Shown piece after piece: positions 44,408 through 55,201 of a stretch of 64,000 bases of DNA. The notes beneath the pieces are model-generated. The model made no database searches, had not been told where the DNA came from, and saw nothing but the letters and a program-made list of their open reading frames with translations. Both the position numbers and the translations under genes were made by a program. The stretch comes from Thecamonas trahens ATCC 50062 (lineage: Eukaryota; Protista; Apusomonadida): positions 218,709 to 282,708 of the forward strand of contig NW_013657674.1 of assembly GCF_000142905.1 (NCBI RefSeq). The letters are read 5' to 3'. Within the stretch, counting starts at the first letter, position 1; the number at the start of each line of letters is the position of its first letter.

Positions 44408-45298
44408 ATGCTTCGGAGTGGGTTCGTGGCCCAACAGGTGTGTAGAGCAGGCGGTCGCGCAAGCAGCATGGCGGCTCGGACGGTGGTGAGTGGAAACAGC
44501 GTCGGTGCCACCGGCGACGGCAGAGACGGCAAGGATGGTGGGGAGGCCCAAGCCGGGTCGCAAGCTAGTGAGCAGACAGCCGATCGAGTGGTGTTGGCTC
44601 TGGAGGGATCGATTGGTTCGGGCAAGTCGACGCTGCTGCGTGTGGTGAGCGAGGCCATGGGCGGGCCCGAGGCGGTGCAGACCCTGGCCGAGCCGGTGGA
44701 GCGATGGAAGGATGTGCGCGGGCACAATTTGCTCGGCGAGTTCTACAAGGATCCATCGCGATGGGCGTACACCTTTCAGTCGTATGCCTTTGTCACCCGG
44801 CTGATGCTGGCCGCCGAGGCATCGGGCGATGCGCCGGTAACGGTCATGGAGCGCTCGCCTTTCTCGGACAAGCACGTCTTTGCCACCAACGCCCACGAGT
44901 CAGGGCTCATCACCGGACCCGAGTGGGCGGTCTACAACGAGCTGTGGGACTTTTACACCGCATCGGCGCGCGGGGCGCCCCATGCCTTTGTCTACCTCCG
45001 CACGTCGGCGCAAACGTGCTTTGATCGGATGCGCAAGCGTGCCCGCGCCGAGGAAGATGCCGTTCCGATGACGTACCTTGACGCCATCCACACCCGCCAC
45101 GAGGCCTGGTTCCACACCAACACCGTGCTCGACGCAGAGCTCGGCGTGTACGCCACCGACGACGGCATCCCCTTCATCGTTGTCGAGGGTGAGGGTGACT
45201 TTGAGGCCGACTCGACTCGTGCCACGGAAATCGTGAGCGCCTTTGACGCTCTCGTCGCCTGGCTCCGCCATCGCCGGACCAATGCTAACTCCGAATGA
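44408..45298 (+). CDS. Deoxynucleoside kinase (dCK/dGK/TK2 family), probable mitochondrial presequence
   Basis: 'EGSIGSGKST', 'EPVERW', 'FYKDPSRWAYTFQ', 'MERS', 'RMRKRARAEE'. Confidence 0.92.
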   Translation: MLRSGFVAQQVCRAGGRASSMAARTVVSGNSVGATGDGRDGKDGGEAQAGSQASEQTADRVVLALEGSIGSGKSTLLRVVSEAMGGPEAVQTLAEPVERWKDVRGHNLLGEFYKDPSRWAYTFQSYAFVTRLMLAAEASGDAPVTVMERSPFSDKHVFATNAHESGLITGPEWAVYNELWDFYTASARGAPHAFVYLRTSAQTCFDRMRKRARAEEDAVPMTYLDAIHTRHEAWFHTNTVLDAELGVYATDDGIPFIVVEGEGDFEADSTRATEIVSAFDALVAWLRHRRTNANSE

Positions 45299-45324
45299 CC
45301 AGCCGGCCCCGGCGCCAGCCGTAC

Positions 45325-46083
45325 TCATGTCGCCTCGAGCACGTCACGAAAGGTAAGCGAGACTCGCCACGGCTCATCCGGAAGCAGCTCGGGCGCCCGT
45401 CGGAAGCGCTTGTACAGCCGTGCCTTGCGAGTGATGCCATGCCGCCAGCCAAACCGCGCTTCGCCGGACAGCACATACACTGATCCGGGCGCCATGACGA
45501 CTGAGACCCGCTCTTCGGGCTCGGCCACGGACTTGAGGGTAAACTTGGTCGGCACGACGAGGTTGACGCCGATGATGACGTCGCCAAAGAGGTCAATCCG
45601 GTCGACGTGATACCCAATGCCGTTGCCGGGCATGTACTTGTTGGCCAGGACTTGGTTCGGTGGCGTGGCAACGAGGCCGTCGGCCACAAACCGCTCCGCC
45701 AGCACCTCGAGAAGCAGCGCCGGCGCCGGCGGCGCAGCCTCGCCGCCTACAATCTGGCCGCACTCGTACACAAAGGCCCAGCCCCAGTGCTTCTGCAGCC
45801 GCGTCTCAAACGCATCGCTCCAGTCCACGCTCGTATCGCCTTCGATTGCTGCGAGCACGGCAGACTGCTCCTCGGCCGAGAGGTAGTGCGGGAGATAGAG
45901 GAAGCCCGGGACGCCGGCGTCGGTCACTCCGGCGAGCCGTGGTCTGTCGACCGCCGACGGCAGGGCGGCGACGGTGCGGCGACTCGCGGCTATGGTCTCG
46001 GCTGGCACGTCGACCTCGTAGCGGACGCATTCTTTGACCTCGCGGCGTGCTCGACCAGGCGCCATCTCGTTACTGTCGGCCAT
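45325..46083 (-). CDS. AlkB-family 2OG-Fe(II) dioxygenase
   Basis: 'NQVLANKYMPGNGIGYHVD', 'GEARFGWRHGI', 'RVSLTFR' give HxD...H...RxxxxxR. Confidence 0.9.
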   Translation of the reverse strand: MADSNEMAPGRARREVKECVRYEVDVPAETIAASRRTVAALPSAVDRPRLAGVTDAGVPGFLYLPHYLSAEEQSAVLAAIEGDTSVDWSDAFETRLQKHWGWAFVYECGQIVGGEAAPPAPALLLEVLAERFVADGLVATPPNQVLANKYMPGNGIGYHVDRIDLFGDVIIGVNLVVPTKFTLKSVAEPEERVSVVMAPGSVYVLSGEARFGWRHGITRKARLYKRFRRAPELLPDEPWRVSLTFRDVLEAT

Positions 46084-46242
46084 CTTCCCCCCTTCCTTCC
46101 AAACCCTCGCGAGTGTGTGACTGAGTCGAGTTGGGATTTGTGCCGGCGAGCTATTGCTGCTGTTGTTGTGCATGTTTGTTATTTTCGTTTGGTATGTCGA
46201 GAGTCGTAAGTATGTGCAGCAGAGAGAGAAGGGCTCGGCTGC

Positions 46243-49200
46243 TTAGATCTCTTCGGCGTCATCATCATCATCATCGTCGTCGTCCTCGATGATGAGATCG
46301 TCGCCCTCCTTGCCCTTCTTCTTCTTCTTCTTCTTCTTCTTCTTCTTCTTCTTCTTGTCCTTGGACTTCTTCTCACCAGCATCCTCGGCGTCCTCGGCGT
46401 CCTCGGCGGCAGCAGCCTCCGGCTCGGCTGCAGCCTCCGGCTCGGCAGCAGCCTCCGGCTCGGCAGCGGCCTCCGGCTCGGCAGCGGCCTCCGGCTCGGC
46501 AGCGGCCTCCGGCTCGGCGGCGGCCTCCGGCTCGGCGGCGGCCTCCGGCTCGGCAGCGGCCTCCGGCTCAGCGGCGGCCTCCGGCTCGGCAGCAGCCTCC
46601 GGCTCGGCGGCAGCCTCCGGCTCGGCGGCAGCCTCCGGCTCAGCGGCGGCCTCCGGCTCAGCGGCGGCCTCCGGCTCAGCGGCGGCCTCCGGCTCGGCGG
46701 CGTCGGCCTCATCAGCATCCTTGCCCTTCTTCTTCTTCTTCTTCTTGTCCTTCTTCTTCTTGTCCTTCTTCTTGCCGGCGGCGGCCTCGGGCTCGGCAGC
46801 AGCCTCGGGCTCGGCCGCAGCCTCGGGCTCGGCCGCAGCCTCGGGCTCGGCGGTAGCCTCAGGCTCGGCGGCGGCAGCCGTGCCCGGCATGGGCGGCGGC
46901 GGAGGAGGAAGCGAAGAGGTGGAAGCAGAAGCAGCGAGCGAGGCATCGGTGGACTCGCCATCATCGTCAGCACCAGCATCCTTGCCCTTCTTCTTCTTCT
47001 TCTTCTTGTCCTTCTTCTTCTTGTCCTTCTTCTTGCCGGCAGCGGCCTCGGGCTCGGCAGCAGCCTCAGGCTCGGCCGCAGCCTCAGGCTCGGCGGCGGA
47101 AGCCTCGGGCTCGGCGGCCTCGGCGGCGGCAAGCTCCTCCTCGGCAAGAGCAGCCTCAGCAGCGGCCTCGGCAGCTTCGGCCGCAGCCTGAGCGGCTGCC
47201 AGCTTCTCGGCGATGGCCTCCTTGCGGGCTGCACGCTCCTCGGCGGTCGCCTCCATGATGGTGGTGAGGGCGTCGACAAAGGCGTCGCGCAGGCCGATCT
47301 GCTTGGTGTAGAGCGTGATCGGAATGTCGTCCTCGTCGATGAGGGTGAGGGTGATGGCGTAGGCATTGTCCGAGTCGAGGTTGAGCAGCGAGGTCTCAAT
47401 CTCGTCAATGTCGGCGCCCTCGATGACCTCGACGGCAGGCTTGTTGCCCATAAAGTTCTTGACCTTGTTCCACTGAGCGAGGGTGTTGTCGACGACAACG
47501 CACCACCGCTCAGGCCACTTCTTGAACGCGCCCTTCTTCTTGGAGCGGAGCGTGCCCTGGATGAGGATGTCGTGGCCCTCGCGCGCCTGCTGCTCGGCAG
47601 AGAGGAACTTGAAGATCGGCTTGAGGCCACCCTTGGCCGTCTTGGCCGGCGGGTACTCGAGCGGGTTGCCCTCGACCGGTAGCTGCTGCAGTGTGTCGGT
47701 CAGCTGGAGCAGCGAGAGCGGAAGCGCGTTGATACGGTTGCCGCGGATGTCGAGCGTCTTGAGCACGTCGAGTGCACCGAGCTCCGGAAGGACCGAAATG
47801 CGGTTGGCGGTGACAAAGAGGCCGTCAAGCTCCACAAGGGCGTTGATACACGCCGGCAGCTTGTTGATCTTGTTGAACGAGACGTCGAGGACCTTGAGCC
47901 CGGTCAGCTGCGAAACGGCCTCCGGCAAGCTCTCCATCTGGTTCCGCGCAAGCCCCAGGAGCTTGAGCGACGGGAGACCCACAATCTCGGTCGGGAACTG
48001 CTCAAACAGGTTCGACTTGAGGTCCAGCCCGCGCAGCGCTGTCAGCGCCGAGATCTCTGCCGGAACTGACGAAATCTGGTTGCCCTCCATGTTCAGGACC
48101 TCAAGCGAGGTGAGGGCACACAGAAACGCCGGAAACTCGGTGAGTGCGTTGGCCTTGACTGAGAACCACTTGAGCCGCACCAGGTTCGACAGCGTGTCCG
48201 GCAGCTCGGTGAGCGAGTTCGACTCGAGGTTGAGCATCTCAAGCCCGACAAACGAGCCAACCCGTGTGGGGAGCTCCGTCATCTTCTTGCCCGAGAGGTT
48301 CATCTTGGTGATCTGCATCGCCTGCTCGCGCGAAACCTTAGACGGCTGCGCAGGCTCGGCAGGCGCAGCCTCGTCCTCAGCCTCAGCCTCAGCCTCAGCC
48401 TCCGGCTCGGCCGCCGCCGGCGCAGCGCTGTCCGATGCGCCGTTGCTACCCGCAACCGCCACACCAGCCCCAGCCACCGCCGCAGACGACGAAGCGCCAG
48501 ACTCGGAGACGTCGCCGTCGGTCTCGGCATTGGTCTCCTTGCCCTTCTTCTTCTTCTTGTCCTTCTTCTTCTTGTCCTTCTTCTTCTTGTCCTTCTTCTT
48601 GCCGGCGTCAACCTCGGCAGCTTCGATCTCGGCGTCACCGTCAGCCTCCGGCTTGGCTGCCGCCTCGGCCTCAGCAGGTGCGGCCTCGGCCTCAGCCGCA
48701 GCCTCGGTGCCGGGCTCGGCAACGTCGGCAGCCTCAGCATCCTTGCCCTTCTTCTTCTTCTTCTTCTTGTCCTTCTTCTTCTTGTCCTTCTTCTTGCCGC
48801 CGGCATTGTCGTCGACAACAATGGCTGCATCGTCGTCGGCGAGCTGAGCGTCAGCCGCCGACGCGTTGTCGCCTCCGGCAGCTGGCACCGGGAGCGGAGC
48901 CGGCGGCGGCGGAAGCGACGCCGGGGCCGCAGCCTCGGCCTCCGCAGCAGCCTCGGGCTCGGCGGCGGCCTCCGGCTCAACGGCAACCTCGGGCTCGGCA
49001 ACAGCCTCAGCCTCGGCGGCGTCGGCCTCGTCAGCATCCTTGCCCTTCTTCTTCTTCTTCTTCTTGTCCTTCTTCTTCTTCTTCTTGTCCTTCTTGTCGC
49101 CATTCTCGTCATCGGCGGCGTCGGCATCGTCGGCGGCGGCAGCAGCCTCGGGCTCAGCAGCAGCCTCCGGCTCAGCAGCAGCCTCGGGCTCAGCGGCAGC

Positions 49201-49539
49201 CTCCGGCTCAGCAGCAGCCTCGGGCTCAGCGGCAGCCTCGGGCTCAGCAGCAGCCTCGGGCTCCGCAGCAGCCTCGGGCTCAGCAGCAGCCTCGGGCTCA
49301 GCAGCAGCCTCGGGCTCAGCAGCAGCCTCGGGCTCAGCAGCATCGGCCGAGCCTTCGTCCGAGTCGTCGGCGATATTCAGCTGGTCACCCTCCTTTCCCT
49401 TCTTCTTCTTCTTCTTCTTCTTCTTCTTCTTCTTCTTCTTCTTCTTCTTCTACTTCTCCTTGCCAGCCTCGGCCTCGCCGGCCTCGACCACCTCGTCAAC
49501 CGAGTCGCCTACGACAACATCCTCGTTATCGTCCGCCAT
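46243..49539 (-). CDS. LRR + PH-domain protein flanked by alternating poly-Lys and (AAAEPE)n blocks; in-frame TAG at codon 30 (49452-49450)
   Basis: About 9 LRRs (LNLESNSLTELP...), LRR cap 'GNPLEYPP', PH 'QGTLRSKKKGAFKKWPERWCVV'. ATG 49539 is in frame with ORF 48888-46243. Confidence 0.82.
46410..46880 (-). repeat. 18-bp coding tandem repeat encoding AAAEPE
   Basis: More than 15 units of gcagcggcctccggctcg variants. Confidence 0.9.
49140..49450 (-). repeat. 18-bp AAAEPE repeat followed by (CTT)n trinucleotide tract
   Basis: About 11 units of agcagcctcgggctcagc; long CTT run at ~49400-49450. Confidence 0.9.
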
Positions 49540-50989
49540 TGTCACTACCTCTCCATTCCAACAAGTAGTACGCGTGAGTTAATGTTCCCCCTTCGCTTCC
49601 GCACTTTGCTCCAGCCCAACACCTCGCCCGCTTGCCTCCCGTCTGCTCGCCGCTGATGCGCACCCTCGCAAACACAACACGAGTCGGTCGCTCGCTCGCC
49701 AGCGACCACTCGCCATTCACACGCCAGGATCACGCCCGTTGGCGCCGGGCGGTACCAGGCGGGGAGGCGTTGCAACGGCTCGAAATCAGAACAAGGCCCG
49801 CAACGAGGACACCATGCCTTCACCCACACGCCCTCTGCCATCTACACCATGGAACGCTCGCATACCGGCCCCTACACGCGGCACCTTGGCTCGCCCGCCG
49901 TTGAAAAAACAATGTAACGACCAAGGACGACAAAAAAATAGCAAAGACCGTCGGCGCGGGGGGGAGGGGGAGACGGACCCAACCCCCGACAACGGCCACC
50001 GAGAGACCAAGACGACGTGTTGGAGTCACAAGCACCAGACTAAGAAGCAAGCACCTCATTCTTGCCGGCTATCAAGGTCGGCGTCTCGCCCATGCAACTC
50101 TCGACACACCAACCGTCCTCCTCGTCGGTACCTACCTGCGTGCGAACCGCGTCAGATGTACGTCGAGAACAAGGTATGGTCTCGAGTTGGAATTCGAATG
50201 AACACGCGCCCAAGGGCGGGGCGAGCACGGTACCTTCCCTCAACTCACCGCTGACACCATCAATCAATTTGTCATCAATGTCCGTTGTCCATTGTTCGTG
50301 GATGAGAAATTTTGCCGACTCTTGCCGCACACCCACCGCCTTCCTTGCCCGGGGGGACGCCTTCCCAAAACGGGGGGACACGAGTGCGATGATGGCTTGG
50401 CCTTGCCTTCTACCTTGGCCTATATCTGCTGCCACATCTTGACAAGGGTAGCGCCTTGTCTCGGTTGGACGTCGCTGGCTTGTCGTGCAGGCACACGCAT
50501 GCCAGCCACAACTGTCACGCTGGCTGCCGGGCACTCCATGGGGCACCCCGTTGGACAAGGATCGAAATGGGCACCTCCCCCCCACGCCATCCCCCGACTC
50601 CGACTCACCTCGTCCCGCCTCGAGATCACCAGCTAATATAGAGTGGCCAGAGCCTGTTGATCAGCATCGTCTGCTACCGTGGTCTCTGCATCGATAATCT
50701 CGTCGGCAACAACCATCCCCTCGCCATCACCCAAGACGATGTCATCCCGTATCCTGGGCCACATACGAACCCAGCCAAGCAAACCGCACATCACGCATGA
50801 ATGGTGGTATCACGTTTCATCACAGGATTCGACGATCTGCTAACCATCGTGGCAGGAGCCATACCCAGCGCCTTGGGCGCCCAGCCCGGCATTTGCCGTC
50901 GCTTCCCGTCGTCGCCGTCTTGCGACCCAGGGTGAGCACGGAGAGCAAGGCACACTCGACACCAAAGCAGCTTCCGACCCGAGGGACAG

Positions 50990-51808
50990 ATGCTGCGGTG
51001 CGTGGGAGGAGCTGGACAGCGGCTTCGTGCGTTGAGCGCTACTTGGGGCGCGCAAGCCCCCGGGCGGTGGGCGAGCAGCGAGAGTGCGGCTGATGCCGGG
51101 GATGGACAGAGCAAGGCGGGCGAGGAGGCGGGTGAGGCCGGCATGACGCCGTTTGGCGTCCGCAAGGTCGACGACGGGCTGTATGAGATGGACGAAGAGG
51201 CTTTCCATGAGTTGCTGCACTCGCCGACGGGTGAGTTCTCGCTTGTCGCCTCCTCAATTGGCGGCGGGGCCCCGGGCAAGGGAGGCGACGACGACGCGAC
51301 AGCGAGCGACGTCGCTGCCTTTGTGGCCCGCGTCCACGAGGAGTACGCCAAGCACGCCGCAGAGCACGGCAGCAATGCCACGGCCGCGGCTGAGAGCCGC
51401 GCTGTCGAGATTACCTCTCGCGAGACGCTGGGTCCCGGGCCGGACGGGCTGTTCGGCGGCTCGGCCCGCGGCGACGCAAAGGTCGTCCTTAAGGCTCGCC
51501 CGGCCGCAGACTGGGGCCTCGACAAGACGCAGGTTTATGAGCTGGGCGTCATCGCCGGCCCGCGCTACGCGGCAACCAAGGACATCCTCACTCTCACCGT
51601 CGACGAGCACCTTTCGGTTGCCGCCAACCGCGCCGTCGCCCTCGAGCAGCTCGACGCCATCTACGGCGCCGTCAAGCTCGACGACAGCGAGAGCATCGCC
51701 GCCGCTATCACTGCAGCCGCAAGCGACTTTGAGCTTGCGGACAGCCCCGACTTTGGCGTCAAGGACGTCTCCAATGTGGAGGACCGGGCCGAGTGGGTCG
51801 CCAAGTAA
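50990..51808 (+). CDS. MRPS35: Mitochondrial small-subunit ribosomal protein mS35 (Rsm24)-like
   Basis: Presequence MLRCVGG...; 'AKVVLK...L...IAGPRY....DILTLTVDEHLSVAANR' matches the mS35 core. Confidence 0.75.
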   Translation: MLRCVGGAGQRLRALSATWGAQAPGRWASSESAADAGDGQSKAGEEAGEAGMTPFGVRKVDDGLYEMDEEAFHELLHSPTGEFSLVASSIGGGAPGKGGDDDATASDVAAFVARVHEEYAKHAAEHGSNATAAAESRAVEITSRETLGPGPDGLFGGSARGDAKVVLKARPAADWGLDKTQVYELGVIAGPRYAATKDILTLTVDEHLSVAANRAVALEQLDAIYGAVKLDDSESIAAAITAAASDFELADSPDFGVKDVSNVEDRAEWVAK

Positions 51809-51826
51809 AACTACGCTCGCCTTGCC

Positions 51827-52639
51827 TCATCCGTGGAGCAGGTTCGGCGTCGCGCACATTGCGCAATTGTCCGCGTTCCCCGCGTTCACCGTATCGCATG
51901 CCACACACGTCCATCCCGCCGCCTCGGCGTAGCCGCAGAGCGGACACTCCACGGCGCCGGCATCCGGATCCTCGTACCCACACGCCAGGCACCCGGTGGC
52001 CAAGCCGCCGCCCGGCCGTACAAACGGCACATACTCGGACTCGTACGGCCTGTCGTCGCTGCTATCGTGCAATCCACCGCTGCAGCCATACTCGCCGTCG
52101 TCATCGCCCGGTGCCAGAAGCGAGTAGCCGGCAAGCACCGGATCGAGCGAGCTCGACGTGCCGCACACCCCGCACTGCCGCGCCTCGGCACCATTCATCA
52201 TCTCGCACACCTCGCACTCCCATTGTGCCGCCGCTGGCTGCCGGCGGCCCGAAGGACCTGCAATGCACTCGTCATCGTCACCATCATCGACACCGCTGCC
52301 GACCTCCGCGCCGGCAGGGCCGCAAGCCTCGGCGTCCGATGAGTTACCCGATGACGCCGCCGACGACGCCGCCGAGAACGACGCTAACCGCAGGCCGCAA
52401 GCCCGGCACTGAAAGGCCAGCTCGGTGTTGATCAGCGTGCATGCCGGGCAGGGAGCAGGGAGCGGCGCCGCACAGGCAGCACAGGCCGTCGCCGGAGGCG
52501 GCGTCTTGAGCGTGCATGACCGGCATGTGTATCCCTCGAACTCGCCGCCGCCTCCAGACTCTTCCACCCGCGGCACTGCAGCCATCGCAGCAGCAGCAGC
52601 AGCAGCAGCAGCAGCCGTAGCCGCTGCTGTGGCAGCCAT
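51827..52639 (-). CDS. Multiple RanBP2/NZF-type zinc-finger protein
   Basis: YTCRSCT..CAAC, CPACTLIN..CRAC, WECEVCEMMN..CGVC, WTCVACDTVN..CAMC. Confidence 0.82.
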   Translation of the reverse strand: MAATAAATAAAAAAAAAAMAAVPRVEESGGGGEFEGYTCRSCTLKTPPPATACAACAAPLPAPCPACTLINTELAFQCRACGLRLASFSAASSAASSGNSSDAEACGPAGAEVGSGVDDGDDDECIAGPSGRRQPAAAQWECEVCEMMNGAEARQCGVCGTSSSLDPVLAGYSLLAPGDDDGEYGCSGGLHDSSDDRPYESEYVPFVRPGGGLATGCLACGYEDPDAGAVECPLCGYAEAAGWTCVACDTVNAGNADNCAMCATPNLLHG

Positions 52640-52842
52640 GGTTTCCTTTGCCCGCGTTGAGACGGGTGGTGCAAACAATGTCTGTGCCCATCGCCCATTG
52701 CCCTTGGCCCTTGTCATCGGCAATTGACACCAATGGAAAAACGAGTCGGCTGAAGCTGTGTGACCACCGCCGCATCACAACCCACCGCTGCCGCCTGCAG
52801 TCACCACAACCGATCACGACTACAGCAGGTCGCTGTTGCGAA

Positions 52843-53047
52843 CATCGATCTGCTGTGGTTGTGTTTGGTAGTCATCCACCTGCTGTAGTCGTCATCGATC
52901 TGTTGTGGTCGTCATCGATCTGTTGTGGTTGTGTTAGGTAGTCATCCATCTGCTGTAGTAGTCATCGATCTGTTGTGGTTGTGTTAGGTAGTCATCCATC
53001 TGCTATGGTAGTCATCCATCTGCTATGGTAGTCATCCATCTGCTGTG
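52843..53047 (+). repeat. Minisatellite of 20-bp units (GTCATCSATCTGYTRTRGTH) with 10-bp GTGTTWGGTA spacers
   Basis: About 9 units directly visible, with a higher-order 50-bp period. Confidence 0.9.
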
Positions 53048-53188
53048 ATTGTCTCGACTACCCCTGCCCCCCCCCCTCCGCCCCCCTCCGATCTCCACCA
53101 CTCACACCACACACGCCCCACTCCAACAGCGGCCACACACTCCTCTGCCACTCCCCCCTCCACCCCCTTAATAGGAACACAGGTGACC

Positions 53189-54122
53189 ATGAAGCCTGAC
53201 ACCATTCTCCAGTGTATGGACCGTGCCTCCCTCCCCCCCCCCCCCCCCCACCCCCTTGCCCCATCCCCTCCCTCCCCTCTCACCCTCACCCTGATCGAAC
53301 ACCCCCCTTGCCTGCCCAGTTGATGTCGGAGGGACGCTGTTCAAGGCCCGGTGGTCGCTGTTTGGCAACTCGCCGGCTGTTGCGGCGCTCTTCCCCAAGC
53401 CGAAGAAGTCATTGTGTGTCTTCCTGGACTGGGATGCAGACTCGTTTGCCAGGGTTCTCTCGTTGCTCCGCTATCGCTCGCTGGCGGCCGTGCCGGCCAA
53501 CGCTCTCGCGCCCGACGAGACATGGCGCCTGGTGCGGGATCTCGAGCGTCTAGGCTTGTGGGCCGACGGCGCTCCGGCCGAGGGCATTGATGCAGAGACT
53601 GCTGCCACCCTCGAGCCGCTGGTGGCGCTGCTGACCGACCACCCGCTCGCCACCGCCGAGACCGCCGCCAACGCCGCCGACGCGTCCGACTCCGCCCCCA
53701 AGACCAAGTACGGTTGCGGCCGCGTCGGCCTCGGCTCGGAGCTCCTGTTCGACAAGACCGTTGACGTCGAGCGCGCCGTCAAGTACAACATCCATTGCGG
53801 GACTGCGGCGTTCAAGCTCTCCGAGGTCATCACCAACGACGACGGCGACGTCGATGTCGTTCCGCGCCTCATCACCCTCAACCGCATCAAGGCCAAGCTG
53901 CAGGAGCCCAATGGCCGTGCCCTGCGCAAGGCGCCGTACACCCATGACGCCATCCATGTCAAGATTGACCCCACCGTCCACGCCCCCACCCAGTTCTCGC
54001 TCACTCTCCGCGATCAGCACTTTACCATCGAGTGCCCCACCCATGCCGAGGCCCTCATCGCTGCGCTCTCCATTCGTCGCTTTAAGGAGAAGTTCATGGT
54101 GGTCACTCGCCTCGAGACATAA
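53189..54122 (+). CDS. KCTD-type BTB/POZ protein with PH-like C-terminus; exons 53189-53213 and 53320-54122
   Basis: Phase-1 splice gives 'ILQFDVGGTLFKA...FLDWDADSFARVLSLLR', the T1-BTB pattern. Confidence 0.75.
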
Positions 54123-54129
54123 CATCCTC

Positions 54130-54802
54130 TCATGCTGCAGATCCCGACACCGATCCGCCTGCGCTCCCAAACAGAGGCCTCTTGCCCCCGATCGGAAGCA
54201 GCGAAAAGAGCACAAGCACACAGCCCCACAGCAGCATGAGGATCGTTACAATGAGCCCCAGTCCGCCCGTGCTGATGATGAGCACGCCGAGGAAGATGAA
54301 CCAAAAGCCCATGCCCCAGAACTTGCCCAGCATCGCCACGTTCTCCATGAGCGGCCCAGGCGCCACCAGTTCCACAGCGATGATGACGCAAACGAAAAAT
54401 CTACCCTCGTCAAGCCGCTCGAGATGAGTTGTGCACGATCGATCCCCACACCCCCCCCCAACCGCGTGGCGGGCAGCGCCACAGATGCTGACGGGACACA
54501 AAAGCAGTGCGACGTACATGAGGAAGCAGCCAATAATAACCGATTTGGCCGAGCCAAAGGGGATGATCAAGGCGATAAAGACATAGACGCCATACAAGCC
54601 AGCTACAAAGAGAGTATCACGATCGTGCCCATAAGCATACGCCCAAGCCAAGTGAGTGAGTGTGTTGTGCCCGCTCTGTCTACCGATGACGCCTGAACGG
54701 CTCATCAGCGTCCACGCTTCCACGCAACTGGAGCCTCGCGTCCGTACCCAAGAACATGGTGATGAGTGCCACAACGGCATTGAACAGGCCTTCGGAACCC
54801 AT
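54130..54802 (-). CDS. TVP15: COPI-associated Golgi membrane protein (TVP15-like); exons 54802-54748, 54602-54518, 54400-54130
   Basis: Two GTACG..TAG introns yield a 4-TM protein with 'IIAVEL...MLGKFWGMGFWFIFLGVL'. Confidence 0.68.
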
Positions 54803-55201
54803 ACGAGAATGATATGTGTAACCTGACCAGAGAGTGAATGAGTGCGGGCTACTGTACGTCCTTCGCGGCAGATAACGGCTCGCTTTTTGTTCACTGCCAA
54901 GGCACAGGTGACGCCAGGGTGACGACACTCGGATAGCGGAGGCTGGCAGAGCCAATCAAGTCGAGGCTTTGGGAAGGTTGAAGACGGGCAAAGGGTTTTG
55001 ATGGACGGAGATGGTGGTCATGCTACTGGTTTTATCCGTTGATGGCACGGAGAGGACAGATATGTCCACGTGTTCCAGCACACGACATCAACGCCCAGCC
55101 TCCTGGTACTCCCCCCACACACATGTTGATGACAAGTTTGCCGAGTATTGCTTGCATGTACCAGTTCAATTCTTCCTGCTGTGCCACACCAGAAACCACA
55201 G

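Noticed and set aside
46289-49582. Plus-strand poly-Phe/SGSAAA ORFs
   Set aside because: Reverse complement of the poly-Lys/AAAEPE repeats.
52843-53047. CRISPR-like repeat/spacer pattern
   Set aside because: Spacers are themselves repeated and only 10 bp, there are no cas genes, and the context is eukaryotic.
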